A DNA stretch of 64,000 bases from Saprolegnia diclina VS20 (lineage: Eukaryota): NCBI RefSeq assembly GCF_000281045.1, contig NW_008246084.1:467769-531768 (forward strand), written 5' to 3'. A model generated the notes under the pieces. It was not told the origin of the DNA. It saw nothing but the letters and a program-made list of their open reading frames with translations, and did no database searches. Positions 45,242-56,843 of this stretch are shown here, one piece after another. How positions within the stretch are numbered: the stretch's first letter is position 1; the number at the start of each line of letters is the position of its first letter. Position numbers and translations under genes: made by a program.

Positions 45242-46525
45242 CTAGAGCGTCGAGTCCTGCTTGGACAGCAGCGGGCCGTTCTCGGCGAGAAGATGGTCGA
45301 TGTTGCCGTAGCCCGTGGCCGCGAGGAGGTGCATGATGGCAGTCTCACTCACGAGCCACACAACAACGCATGCGACCGCGACGCTGAGCGCAGTAATAGG
45401 GTCCACGGGTCCTTGCCACGTCAAGACGTACGCGCATACCAAGAGCAGAAAGGGCCATGCGACAAAGATGCCCCACCACGCATACTTGATGCGCTTGACG
45501 CACGGCGGGTCGGTGGCTTCCGGCTGGCGGCCACCAAAGTGCAGCACACGCAGCACAAGCATGAGTGCCATCGCCGCCGAAATCGCGCCAAAGAAGAGCC
45601 ATACGGACGTTGGCGCCAAGAGCGCGTTCGCCAAGACGGCCGCCGACACGAGCTTGGTGCCAACGCCAACGACGAGCAAGGTCGGCACTAGGGCAAAGTG
45701 GACGTACGTAAACACAAAGCCGGTGACGTACGACCGGCGCAGTGCGTGGAGCTCGCGCGGCGGCTGCAGCGAAAAGTAGTAGATCGCAAGCGACAAGATC
45801 ACAAAGAGCGAGAGCTGCATCGCGACGTAAAAGCGCGGCGTGAGCTCGAGGTCGCGGCTGTTGATGACCGCGCTCACGACCGACTCGCCGAGCGTGACCA
45901 TGACGAGGCAGCCCTCGCGCTCGTTCATGTGGTCAATGTTGAGGGGGACGTGCACGGTGCGAAAGCTGAGCCAGATCGCGGAGGCAAACTGCATGACCCA
46001 CTCGAGCACAAAGCCAAGAAAGTACGCCGGTAATGTGAACGACGGCGGTAGGTACAAGCTCGCAAGCAAGAGTGCGATCGAGAGCAGCTGCAGGACAATA
46101 TCGACACGGAGCTTGGAGCGCGCGCGCGGGAGGCAGCCGTAGACCGAGAGCTTCATGAGCACAATCGACGAGCGCAAGACGATGAGGCCAACTGTAAAGG
46201 TCGGCGACGGTGTGGACGAGAGCACCATCGTGCCAAGGCCCACGAGAAGCACGTACAGGAAGAGATAGTGCAGCAACGATGTCTCGCTATACCGCGCGTT
46301 GAAGAGCGTGTACATGTGCCAGACCGAGACGTACACGAGGCTCATCGCACCCAAGAGGAGGAGGCCATGGACGCTAACGTCTTCCTTGAGGCCTTCGGCA
46401 ACGTTGGAGCAGGCCGCAACCATGATGAGGTCGAGGAAGAGCTCGAACCAGCCCGCTGACTTTTCCTCGTACTCGCCGCTCCAGTCGGCCGACAGCGTCG
46501 CGCGCCCATAGAACGTTCGGAGCAT
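45242..46525 (-). CDS. LtrA-family membrane protein, copy 2, intronless
   Basis: LSADWSGEYEEKS.. is shared with copy 1. Also WFELFLDL and HMNEREGCLVMVTLGESV. Confidence 0.8.
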   Translation of the reverse strand: MLRTFYGRATLSADWSGEYEEKSAGWFELFLDLIMVAACSNVAEGLKEDVSVHGLLLLGAMSLVYVSVWHMYTLFNARYSETSLLHYLFLYVLLVGLGTMVLSSTPSPTFTVGLIVLRSSIVLMKLSVYGCLPRARSKLRVDIVLQLLSIALLLASLYLPPSFTLPAYFLGFVLEWVMQFASAIWLSFRTVHVPLNIDHMNEREGCLVMVTLGESVVSAVINSRDLELTPRFYVAMQLSLFVILSLAIYYFSLQPPRELHALRRSYVTGFVFTYVHFALVPTLLVVGVGTKLVSAAVLANALLAPTSVWLFFGAISAAMALMLVLRVLHFGGRQPEATDPPCVKRIKYAWWGIFVAWPFLLLVCAYVLTWQGPVDPITALSVAVACVVVWLVSETAIMHLLAATGYGNIDHLLAENGPLLSKQDSTL

Positions 46526-47525
46526 CGCGTTGGCCTCTACCGCTGCTCTACCGCTCACAACTAAAAATCGGCATGTGCCACTTGCCACCGCCTGTTGGCC
46601 ACTCGCCGCGCAGATCGTGCATGTGATAGGGCGGAACACGTCACCACAAACAATGACTGCATCGCTCGTTCAGACCACACACTGAGCGGAATGAGCTGCT
46701 TGATGGCTCAGGAAAGCTCAGCGCTGAGTGTAGTGGAAAGGACGTGAACGCGTTCGAATTTTAGGCTGCACCAATGAACGGCCGTGCACACGAAATACGT
46801 GCTGTGGATTGGTCAAATCGCATTCTACATTCTATGCTGTTTGATTGGCCAACACGAGATTTGCCTCAAGCCAAATTGTCTACTACCTTCATCTCGAGTC
46901 AGGGAAATCGAGCGAGTCTGTTGTCATCGCCATGCCAAACGTGCTAGACAATGCATGATGTCATCTCCAAGCTCATGCACAGTCTCTCCTGCCTCGGTCG
47001 ATGCATCGCACCGCCGTCAAGATGCCATCTTGCCCTGACAGCACTCAAGGGCGTCTAGATATGGTACTTGACCTTCACAAATGCCTGGACCATGACGGGT
47101 CGGTCTCGCTTCCAAGGCTTGCGCATCCAGCACACAAGACCGGCTTGCTGAAGCTTGGGACAATGAGAGACTTGGAGTTAGCCGGATCGAGAGAGTATGT
47201 ACTAGTTAGTACATGACCAAGTAACTAATCGCGGGTGCTCGATGGCTTCTGGAAGCGTGCTCAAGTACGATCACCATGCGAGAAAGATCCCGGCAGTGGA
47301 CCGGGCTGCAATAAAAACGAATTCGTGGGCATTGTCTTGGTTGACGTATGTAACATAAACATTTGTAATAAAACGCCCTCATCCAGTCGCTCGGAATAAA
47401 ATCACACGGAGTGGATACAAACCTCCATATATTGTTTTGCATTAAAAAAGCGCGTCGCCGTCGGTCCGAGATTTTCTTTCCGCTTGCACCGGGGAAGACA
47501 GCAAGAGCAGGACGACGAGCGCAGC

Positions 47526-49642
47526 ATGAACGACCGATTGACGACGCATGAAGATGCTGGCGAAGGACCCCAGGTAGAGGGACATGCATCGGCGTCAACC
47601 GCCGGCAGCATCGACCTCAACGTCAAGACCCTCGACCACCGGGTCTACCGCGTGAACCTCCTCGCGTCGTCGTCCGTGCCACAGCTCAAGCGCAAGATTG
47701 AGGACGAGACAGGCGTCGTCTCGGACCGCCAGCGCCTCATCTTCCGTGGGAAGGTCCTCAAAAACGAGCGCGATCTGGCGTTCTATGCGCTTGAAGATGG
47801 ACACACGTTGCACCTCGTGATCCGGCCTTTGGACGCAGACCAAGCATCGGCCACGCCCGAGCAAGCACCACAGCGTGCACCGACGCCATCGCCGACCGCA
47901 AGCAGCACCTCGTCGACGAACGACGAGCCGGACCCGTCGTTGCTCAACCCATCGGCAAACACTGGTGGTTTGCCGATGAACCGCGTGCTCATGGGTGCAA
48001 CGATCACGCTTCCGGAGGGCCAGCGGGGCATGCCCTTCTTGCAGTCGATCCTCTCCAACATCATGAGCACAGTGCAAGGACTGCAGGACGAGAACGGCGA
48101 GGTGCCACAACAGGAACCGGCGCATGCCCCGCAAGAAGCCCCGCGGGCGCGCGGGCGCCCTGCGAGTGCTTCAACCCTCGAGCGGGTCGTCCGACGTGCA
48201 TCGAGCAACCGCTCCCGCGCCAGCCGCCTCGAAAGCACGCTGCGTACGATCTCGCAGTACTTGGACAACGCAGGTACTTGTGCTCGTCCCATCTGAGCGC
48301 AGGGTACGATCGTGCTGTAGAAACCGCCTTTCCGACGAGCGTGACCGACGCCACGAACATGCCGGCGCTGAACGACGCCGACTTTGAGACGCTTCGAGAC
48401 CAACTTGCTTCGTACGTGGCGCTGCTCCAGCGCTTCCAGCCGCAACTGGCGCACATCCCGACCACGTTGCAGCAGCTTCATGCGCTCCGTGAGGACCGCG
48501 CGGCTCAAGGCCCGTTGGTGGTGCCGTTCGTGCGTGCGATCGAGACGCTCCAAGCGTTTGGCGATCTCTGCAAGCTGCTTGCGCTCATGAGCCGTCGCCT
48601 CTTTCTGCGCTTCCACAGCACGGACGCCTTCAACCCAACGTCGGCCGACCAGCCCAGCGCTCCCGAAGCGCCGGCACCGCCAAACGAGAACGCGCCGACC
48701 GACGAGACGCGGGCGCAGCGCATGTCGCAGCTGTACTCGATCATGATGAACCAACTCGGCGGCGGTTCGGCCGCCACGGGCGATGCCAATGGTAGCAACA
48801 ACGGCCCGAGCATTGTGCAGGCGCAGATCCCGCTACCGGCCGGGCTCCTTCAGCAGCTTCGCGAGAGCCTCCCCGAAGGCGCCGACCACGACCATTTCGA
48901 ATTTGAAGCAACAATTCCGATTTGGCAAGTCATCCCGATGCTCCAGCCGACTCCGACCGCGGCCCCGCAAGAGGCCGCTGCCGCCCCTCCTGCTGCTGTC
49001 GCTGCGCCACCAACGTCGCCGCAGTGGGACTTTGAGGGCTTTGCGCAGTTTCTCATGGTCGAGGTGCCGGCGTACGAGCTCTACGGCCTTTTGAGCGGCC
49101 AGCGCGCGAGCCTTCAAGCCATCCTCCGCCGCATTGGTGCGCGCATGTTGGAAGGCCCCGAGATGCCGCCGATGGCGCCGGGCAGCAACCGTGAGTGGTC
49201 GACTCGCTTTATCAACGCACTTCGGGATGCGGTCGGGCGCGGCCCGCGGTTCCCGTCGCCCGTCTTCCGCACGAACGTGCTCTCGGAGCTCGTCGAGCGA
49301 GTCTCGCCGTTCATCCCGGAGCTCATCCACCTCTGCATTCGTGCGACGACGGTCACCACGTCGCATACGCACGCGTCGGCCGTCGCGTTTATGGACACGG
49401 TGGTCGACTTTCTCGGGCACATGGCGCGCCAGTTTGTGACAGACCTGCGCTCGTTGCTCGTGGATGCAACAACGCCGACGGCGACGGCCCTCGAGCGCGT
49501 CCTCAACCACTGCGGTGTCCACGGTCCATTTGCCGCCTTTGCGGTCGACGCGTTTTTGAATTGGCCCGCGGTCGGTGCGTCGCGCCGCCGCCCGGCCGAG
49601 ACGCCGTCGGCGCCAGATGCCAAGCGGCCGCGCCGTGCGTAG
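47526..49642 (+). CDS. Ubiquitin-like domain protein, BAG6/CIP73-like (one intron ~48274-48302)
   Basis: N-terminal UBL (LNVKTLD...QRLIFRGKVLK...HTLHLV) followed by Pro-rich and helical regions. Confidence 0.75.
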
Positions 49643-49704
49643 GCGACATTGGTATTTTATAATAATTTATCTTTTCGAGATGCAACGCGCTGCTGTCGGG
49701 TGCG

Positions 49705-51676
49705 TTAGGCGCGGAGGCTGGCGGCGTCGGCGACCATGTCGTCGTAGAGGCGCTCAAAGTGCAGCGCGGAAAACGGCGTGAACGTCGCCGCGTACTCCCA
49801 GAGGCACGTCGCGAGCTCGTCCATCGCCAAGTCGTCTTCGCGACACACGAGGCTGTCGATGACACCGCCAATCTCGACGAGGTACTTGCTCACTTTTTCA
49901 ACGAGCACGTCGTCGCTGTGGTCTTCGCCCCACGATGAGATTTTTTGGACCTTCTTGAGCGTCAACTTGACGTCTTTGAGAAGCGCTTTCGGGTCCCACT
50001 TGGTGACGAGCTGCTCGGACGTCAGAAGGACTTTCATGGGCTTTTGGGGCGGCATGATGCGAATGTTCTTGCCGCCGTAGCGCGGCATGACCGTGTTGGC
50101 GCCACTCGTCTCGTCCGCCGAGATCTCGCCCTCCTCTTCGCTCTCGACCGGCGCCGGCGGCAGCACGCGGAGTTGCTTGCCGCCAAACGACGGCGTTGGC
50201 TGCTGGGCCACGTGCTCGCGACGGATCGAGTCGGACGTCGACGGCGTCGACAGCGGCTTGCCAGATGGCGACGGCAGCTTGCGCAAGAGGTCTTCGGCGC
50301 GGCCCTTGAGGCGTGTGCCTGTGAGCACGCGATGCTTCTCAAACGCGAGCTTGGCATCCCCGAGGATGTCTTCCCAGTACCCGACGCCGTGGATGTACAC
50401 GCCAAGGAGCAGCGCACGGTCCTTGGCCGGGCACCAGTCGCACTCCTTCTCCACGTAGCCCCACACGGGCATTTGCTCAATGCCAAGATCGACAAGGTCC
50501 CGGCGTGAGGTCGCAAGCCCATAGGCGCTAGTCAGAATCTGAGATCGGGTCGAGAGGGAATAGGCTACCCTTGGCTCGGGTTGCCCGACTTTTTGAGGGC
50601 GCGCTGGACCGCCACGCGGAGCTTGAGGTTCTCTTGGAGACGCTCGATGAGCGCGGCGGGTTTGATGTCGACGTCGCCAAACTTGACAGTCTCCTCTGCG
50701 AGATTCGCGTGGCAAAGCCCGACGAGTTCGTTCGTGACCGTTTGGATAATGTCGTCGGGCAGCTTGAGACTGTTGCAGAGCTTGGCTCGCACAATGTAGT
50801 TGGGCTGCCGCAGCTCGTCGCCGAACGAGCTCTGATCTTCGTTGCAGCCAGGCGCGTCCGTGAGGTCGCCGTACCGCTGCAGCGCCTTGTGGATCGTGCG
50901 GACAATCTTCGGGTTCGTTCGCGCATCTAGCATCGCGTGAGTCCGACGACGCTATTGACGTCGTACGTACCGGCGAGGAGGTCGGCCGGATCGGCATCGG
51001 GCAGCGGCGATCCCCCAGGTGCACTGAAGGCTGTCACTGCCGTCGTGCTTTTCGAAGGCCGGCTAATGTTGGTGACAATCGAGACGGCGCTCGTGGTCTT
51101 GGCCGCCTTGGGCGCGGACTTGGCCGCGCCGCGGCCGCCGCCTCCACGACCGGCCAGCTTCTGTGTCAAGCGCGCACGTGCCGAGTTGGGTTTGACTTTG
51201 GCCTTGAGATCGGCCGTCGGCAGCGGAATCGGCCCCGCCTCGGCGATGGGCTGCAGCGCCGGCGAGACCGTACGCCGAACCGCATGCGGGCGGGCGTCGC
51301 TGCTGGGCTCCTTGGCGATGGACGAAAAGGTCGACGCCTTGCCCTTCTTCTTGCTAATATCGCGCTGAATCTCTTCAATAGACCGGCGATCGCGCTTGCG
51401 CGTGCCGAGGGGCATGAACTCTTCCTTGTCCGCCACGGCCTTTCGGATCGCGTTCCGGTTGGGCATGGCGGCTTCCGGCGACGAGCTCATGACGGGCTTG
51501 GCGTCAGGCACGGCGCGCGCGGCCGATGGCGCGGCTTCGGACGCGTTGTCCTCGGCTTCCGACTCGGACGACGACGACGAGTCGCTGGACGACGAGCTGT
51601 CGCTGTCGCTGCCGTCGGACGAGCTGTTGCTGCCGCTGTCGGACAAGGACTTGATGGGCTCGGCGGGAGATGCCAT
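49705..51676 (-). CDS. CHD1-like C-terminal module protein (SANT/SLIDE DNA-binding + CHCT/DUF4208), no ATPase (two introns)
   Basis: SANT-like IVRTIHKALQRYG. SLIDE-like WCPAKDRALLLGVYIHGVGYWEDILGD. CHCT-like KYLVEIGGVID...LWEYAATFTP...FERLY. The N-terminus is only Ser/Lys-rich low complexity. Confidence 0.65.
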
Positions 51677-52482
51677 GGTCTGCTACTGCTTGGATCAACT
51701 GCGACGAGAACGGACCGAGCTCAGCGGCGATCGCCTCCTTGCATGCAAAGGAGAGACAAATTGGGTTGTGTGGTTTACCGCAATTTATTTATACGCCGTT
51801 CAATTCGGACTTTGCCGAATTCTACGCGCCCCCCAATGTATTGCGCGCCAGTCCCGCACCCCACAAAATCCGAATCTCACGCAACGACAATCGGCAAAGT
51901 CCCAATTGAAAACAGCGTCGACCCATCCACGTTAGCGTGGAGACGTCGATCATGCACCGGACGAGATTCCATGACCCCATGCTATCAACAGCAGTAGTGC
52001 TTCAGCTACAGACAAAGCTGGAAGTCTTCGCTGCATAAAGCCTGGATGCTATGCAGTGGCCACCTCCTACCCTCGCAACCTCCAGCGCTCAAGACGACGA
52101 CGACGCAGGCGACGACGGCGAGATTCCTTTTTGCCACATCTTGGAACGTATGGAGGACTTTGACGTGCTTTGCGTTGGTATCGTATCGCGAGGTTGAGCT
52201 GCCTTTGCTAGCGGAATGGACGACCTACGGACCCACTCAACCCTCGTGATCGGTCCTCCTACAATTATGACTCGTTTAGTGATCGAGATACTCTAGTACG
52301 ATCGTAGTTGATAGCGCAGTAAGGGTCACGAGATATATTAGTGTTTGAGGTACTGTCCATGAGATCGACGATCTCTGGCGGCCACCGCGCTCGTCGTCGC
52401 GCCGCCATCTTGTCTCTTTGACTCGGATGAAACGAAGGAGACGCTCGGAGCCTAAATTTAGGCCACTGAAACATTCGCGAGG

Positions 52483-54408
52483 ATGGCCGAGAAGCGGGCG
52501 AAGAAGCCGCGCCGGATCAAGATCAACATGACGCTGGCCAAGTACGAGGTCATCAAGAAGATCGCAAAGGACCGCGGGTGGAAGATGATCAGCGACGAAG
52601 ACGACAAGGCGGGCATTGCGAGCTGCAACGTCCACTGGATCGACGTGCCCGACTTCCTCAATACGTTCAAGCACATGCAGCCGTTCCAGAAGGTCAACCA
52701 CTTTCCTGGCATGTCCAACTTGGCGCGCAAGTCGAAGCTCGCGCGCAACTTCCAGCGCATGACCAAGCTCTTCCCGTCCGAGTACGATTTTTGCCCCAAG
52801 ACGTGGATCCTGCCGTTCGATTACACGGAGTTCTCGCAGCAGTTTAATGCGGACGGCACGTCGTCACGCGCTTTCATCATCAAGCCCGACCACTCGTGCC
52901 AAGGCCGCGGCGTCTTCCTCACCAAGCAGCTCAAGGACGTCAACAAGACCGACATATTTGTCGCCCAGCGCTACTTGCCGTCGCCACTCCTCATTGGCGG
53001 CAAGAAGTTTGACTTGCGGATCTACGTGCTCGTCTCGTCCATCTCGCCGCTGCGCGTGTACCTCTTCCAGGACGGTCTCGTGCGCATGTGCACGGCCGAC
53101 TACACGGCGCCGAATGCGGCCAATATGGAGCAAAAGTTCATGCACCTCACCAACTATGCGATCAATAAGCGCTCCAACAACTTTGAAAAGAACAAGCACG
53201 AGGCCGTCGATGGCCAAGGCAGCAAGCGGTCGCTGCGCTGGTTCCTCTCGTGGCTCGGCGAGACGCACGACAGCGCCAAAGTCGACGCGCTCTGGGAAGG
53301 CATCGGGGACATCTGCCTCAAGTCGATCCTCGCCGTCCAGCCGACGATCGCGCACGAGTACCATAGCACATTTGCAAAGTTTCCAAAGCGCGTCGACGAC
53401 CCCCCGAACGTCGCATCGTCGAGCTTTGCCGTCCTTGGCATGGACGTGCTCGTCGACGACCACCTCAAGCCGTGGCTGCTCGAGGTCAACCATTTGCCGA
53501 GCTTTCATTGCGACTCGCCGCTCGACTGGAACATCAAGGAGCGCCTCCTCAACCAAACGCTCGACATTATGCAAATTTCGGGCGACGACAAGGCGAATTA
53601 CGAGAGTTCGCAGGCCAAACACCTCCAACAGCGCCTTTACGGCGGCGAGAGAGCGCTCGATGATGGCGACAACAACCAAGACGGCGACGGCCCCGAGACG
53701 AATGCGACGCCCGCGTCGTCACCGCCACCCTTGTCCCACGATGACCTCACAAAAGCCCTTTTCGCGTTCTACACAGACATGAACCTGGAAAAGTGCAAGG
53801 ACATTCCCCTCATTGTACAAAAGTTTGAGCATAATCAAGACGAGCTCCACAAAAGCTTGACGGCCAAGTACACGAAAGGCGTCTTCGACTATGCACCCCA
53901 GTGGGACGGCGAAGAGCTCGTCGACTTTGTACGGTTGTACCCGCCACCGATCGCAACAGCGAAAAACGCAATTTACAAGACGATGCTCGAAGCGTGCCAG
54001 AGCAACATCCACGATCAACTGCTGCGACTCACGGCGCCGCTCCACCGCAAGGGCGACGAAGGCACGAAGCTCCCGCCGATCCTCAAAGGCGGAAGCAAGA
54101 AGGAGCTCGGCCGCGACTGCTTTGGCTACACGGGCACGGACAAACTGCACCACCTCGAGCTCAAGGAAAAGAAACCATTGGCGATGCCGGGCCCGGCCCA
54201 GGTCGCCGCCGCCGCGCGCCTCATGATGGGGCACTCGAGCAAGCACTTGGACGTGGCCGTGCCCGTGCGCCCACTGTCCCAAAACGCCGCGCCGGCCCCG
54301 CGCCGCGACAGCGTCCAGTACGGCATGGCGTACCGCGAGCGTCTCGACAGTCTCAAGAACAAGCCGACGGTCGCCATGACCCAAATTACGTTTGGCGGCT
54401 TTGGCTAA
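52483..54408 (+). CDS. Tubulin polyglutamylase, TTLL6/TTLL13-like, intronless
   Basis: QKVNHFPGM..LARK, PKTWILP, IIKPD.SCQGRG, KFDLRIYVLV, MHLTNYAINK, GMDVLVD and PWLLEVNHLPSF. Confidence 0.92.
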   Translation: MAEKRAKKPRRIKINMTLAKYEVIKKIAKDRGWKMISDEDDKAGIASCNVHWIDVPDFLNTFKHMQPFQKVNHFPGMSNLARKSKLARNFQRMTKLFPSEYDFCPKTWILPFDYTEFSQQFNADGTSSRAFIIKPDHSCQGRGVFLTKQLKDVNKTDIFVAQRYLPSPLLIGGKKFDLRIYVLVSSISPLRVYLFQDGLVRMCTADYTAPNAANMEQKFMHLTNYAINKRSNNFEKNKHEAVDGQGSKRSLRWFLSWLGETHDSAKVDALWEGIGDICLKSILAVQPTIAHEYHSTFAKFPKRVDDPPNVASSSFAVLGMDVLVDDHLKPWLLEVNHLPSFHCDSPLDWNIKERLLNQTLDIMQISGDDKANYESSQAKHLQQRLYGGERALDDGDNNQDGDGPETNATPASSPPPLSHDDLTKALFAFYTDMNLEKCKDIPLIVQKFEHNQDELHKSLTAKYTKGVFDYAPQWDGEELVDFVRLYPPPIATAKNAIYKTMLEACQSNIHDQLLRLTAPLHRKGDEGTKLPPILKGGSKKELGRDCFGYTGTDKLHHLELKEKKPLAMPGPAQVAAAARLMMGHSSKHLDVAVPVRPLSQNAAPAPRRDSVQYGMAYRERLDSLKNKPTVAMTQITFGGFG

Positions 54409-54574
54409 AACTACCTTGAATAAGGCGCAATGCATGTAGATATTCTACCGCAGTCTCTTGCGCCGTCGTGTCTTCATTGCCAAGCCCAACGTGGCGGATC
54501 GGTCTCCAAGCTGCACGATACAAGCCCATGTGCAAGAAAACAATGTCGGATTAAAGAAAGGTCAGCGACGACTC

Positions 54575-55660
54575 TCACCGCGCGGCGGCCAAAGACGAGG
54601 AGCGATCGACGAGCTGGTTATACACAAGGCTGGCCCGCGAGGAGCGGACGACGTTGGCCTCTTCGTCGGCCTCGTAGTACCCTTTCAGAACACCAAAACA
54701 CGGGTCGCACACGCGCTGGGGCTTGTGTTGGAGCGGCGAGCCTTCAATGAGCACAAAGGCACTCGCACACGACGCGCAGCACAGTCGACCGCAGTGGCGG
54801 CAGTGGTGGCGGCGCACGAGTAGCTTGCTGAAGCGACGAATGCACTCCATGCAGTGGTCGCGGGCGTCGTCGGGGACCCACGGCAATGGCGACGGAATGT
54901 ACGCAAAGAGCTTGCGGCTGCCTTTGGCGTTGACCTTGTCAAACACCATGCGCCCGTGCCCGTCCTTTGTGTCGAGGCGACCGCCAAAGCGCACGAGGCG
55001 ACACGCAATGTTGAGCAGGCCGCGGTCGACGGCCACGTGCAGAAGTGACTCGCCGCGAATGACGGCGTTGGCGTCGGCGCCGTGCTGCAGCAAGCGCTCG
55101 GCAAGGCCCGGGTCGTCCTTGGACGTGCTCGCAATGTGCATGCTCAATGGTGTCTCGCACGCTTGGTTGAGCGCGTTCACTCCGGCACCGGCGTCAAGTA
55201 GCAGCTGCGTCAAGCGACGCGACGTACTTGCAGCTACATGCAGCGGCGTGTTGAGCTGGACGTCGGTCGCCGCAAGCCAGCGGGCGCCATACGGGTGGCT
55301 ACAGAGACGCTTCGCGATGTGTAAGTGGCCGTGGGCGACTGCGACGTGCAACGCGTTCTGCTGCGTCGTCGGGTCGACCGCACTCCACTCATCGGCGTTT
55401 TGAATCTCAAGGTACTTGGCGACATCTGACGCGCTTCCGCAGCGTGCGGCGCTCAAGAAGGGCGACACGATCGCGTCGGACGGCCGGCGCCGGTCAAAGC
55501 TCGGGCTCACGCCCGAGTGGAGGTCAGTAGGCCAGCGAATCGTGCTGCTCCGGTCCGTCGTCGAGCCGAGACGAGATCGGTGCAGTTTCGCAAGCGCAAC
55601 GCGGCTCGCCGTAAGCGTCGGGCAGTCGTCGTGCGGAGATGTTGGCAGCGGAACCGACAT
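54575..55660 (-). CDS. Ankyrin repeat + FYVE zinc finger protein
   Basis: ANK repeats (NALHVA, TPLHVA, SLLHVA). FYVE motifs WVPD..CMEC, RRHHCRHCG and RVCDPC. Confidence 0.9.
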   Translation of the reverse strand: MSVPLPTSPHDDCPTLTASRVALAKLHRSRLGSTTDRSSTIRWPTDLHSGVSPSFDRRRPSDAIVSPFLSAARCGSASDVAKYLEIQNADEWSAVDPTTQQNALHVAVAHGHLHIAKRLCSHPYGARWLAATDVQLNTPLHVAASTSRRLTQLLLDAGAGVNALNQACETPLSMHIASTSKDDPGLAERLLQHGADANAVIRGESLLHVAVDRGLLNIACRLVRFGGRLDTKDGHGRMVFDKVNAKGSRKLFAYIPSPLPWVPDDARDHCMECIRRFSKLLVRRHHCRHCGRLCCASCASAFVLIEGSPLQHKPQRVCDPCFGVLKGYYEADEEANVVRSSRASLVYNQLVDRSSSLAAAR

Positions 55661-56204
55661 GGCCGATCGCAAATGATTCGGACGCCACCTTGACAGCCGC
55701 GCGATCCGATTGGTCGTTGGCGATCTTTCAAGGGTGCGGTCCGTTGGGGCCGGTGGAGGGCTCCGCCGAACGTGCGGCGAAGCTGCGGCGGGACGTTGAT
55801 GCCTTTTGGCGCACGCCGGCGCGCCATATTATTGTGCTTGCTTGGACATAAAACCGGGTTTATGGACTCTTTATCGCCCTACAATTGTAGCACAACATGA
55901 AGCCGCCCGGGATACAACAGTTATCATTGTAGGGATATTCCTTGATTGTAGCTCACGATTGTAGCCTGGAAGTACGGGCAGACGTTCGGGCAGTTGGAGA
56001 CATCGAGTTAGATGCGTGATGATGATTGTCCATCACTTTCAAGAAATGTTCTGTCCCCTTGATCACTATCGGTGATTTCGTCCGCGCATTTGACTTGGGC
56101 TAGCACTGCATCGTGTTGTCGACTTGGACACTGCTCCATATATATATACCTCATCGTGTGAAGAGGGCCGAGTTATCATGATAAACGAGACTCTAGTAAA
56201 TACA

Positions 56205-56843
56205 TTAGCAGTAGTCGTCTTCGTTCGAGAGGATACGTGTCGTGAGGAGCTGGAGCTGGAGCTTGTAAAACTGCAGTTTGCGCCGCTGTTCTTGACGGGA
56301 AAAGTCGGCGGCTTCGCGGTTCGTGCGCTTCCGGTACGCGTCCAACGACTCGTCATGTCGCCTCTCGCTCTTGATGAGCTGCGTCGGCGCGTACGCGTCA
56401 ATCCCATACGTTGGGTACCGCGCTAGCATCTCTTGGATCGTGGCGTCGACGCGGTGGGTGCGCTCGCGGCAATTCGCTCGGTACTTGGCGGATGCGAGGC
56501 GGTTGTTTCGAGTGTCGACGAGGACAGTCGGTGCGCGAAGGGCGGGCCGCTGCGGCGTGATGTGTCGCTTTTGGTTGCGCTTCTCGATCGCGCGCTGGCG
56601 TCGCTGCCGCTTGGTTTCGTCCAGTGACGTGGCGTCGTCGCCTCGGTAGTGGTGACGACGGTGCTCTGCGCAGTTGCAGCTCGTGTCGTGGTCGAGCGCG
56701 CGCTCCAGTGCCGAGGCAGGGAGCTTGGGCTCAAACCGTACAGCGTCGTCAATGGCAGCGAGGAACGAGGCGTCCAAGAGGCTCGTGTCCTTCGAGGTTG
56801 CGGCGCGCATCAATGGCGACCCGTTGCTGACTGTGAGGCTCAT
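56205..56843 (-). CDS. Hypothetical protein with two bZIP-like basic regions
   Basis: 212-aa ORF containing RNNRLASAKYR and RKRTNREAADFSR, each followed by a helical hydrophobic repeat. Confidence 0.6.
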   Translation of the reverse strand: MSLTVSNGSPLMRAATSKDTSLLDASFLAAIDDAVRFEPKLPASALERALDHDTSCNCAEHRRHHYRGDDATSLDETKRQRRQRAIEKRNQKRHITPQRPALRAPTVLVDTRNNRLASAKYRANCRERTHRVDATIQEMLARYPTYGIDAYAPTQLIKSERRHDESLDAYRKRTNREAADFSRQEQRRKLQFYKLQLQLLTTRILSNEDDYC

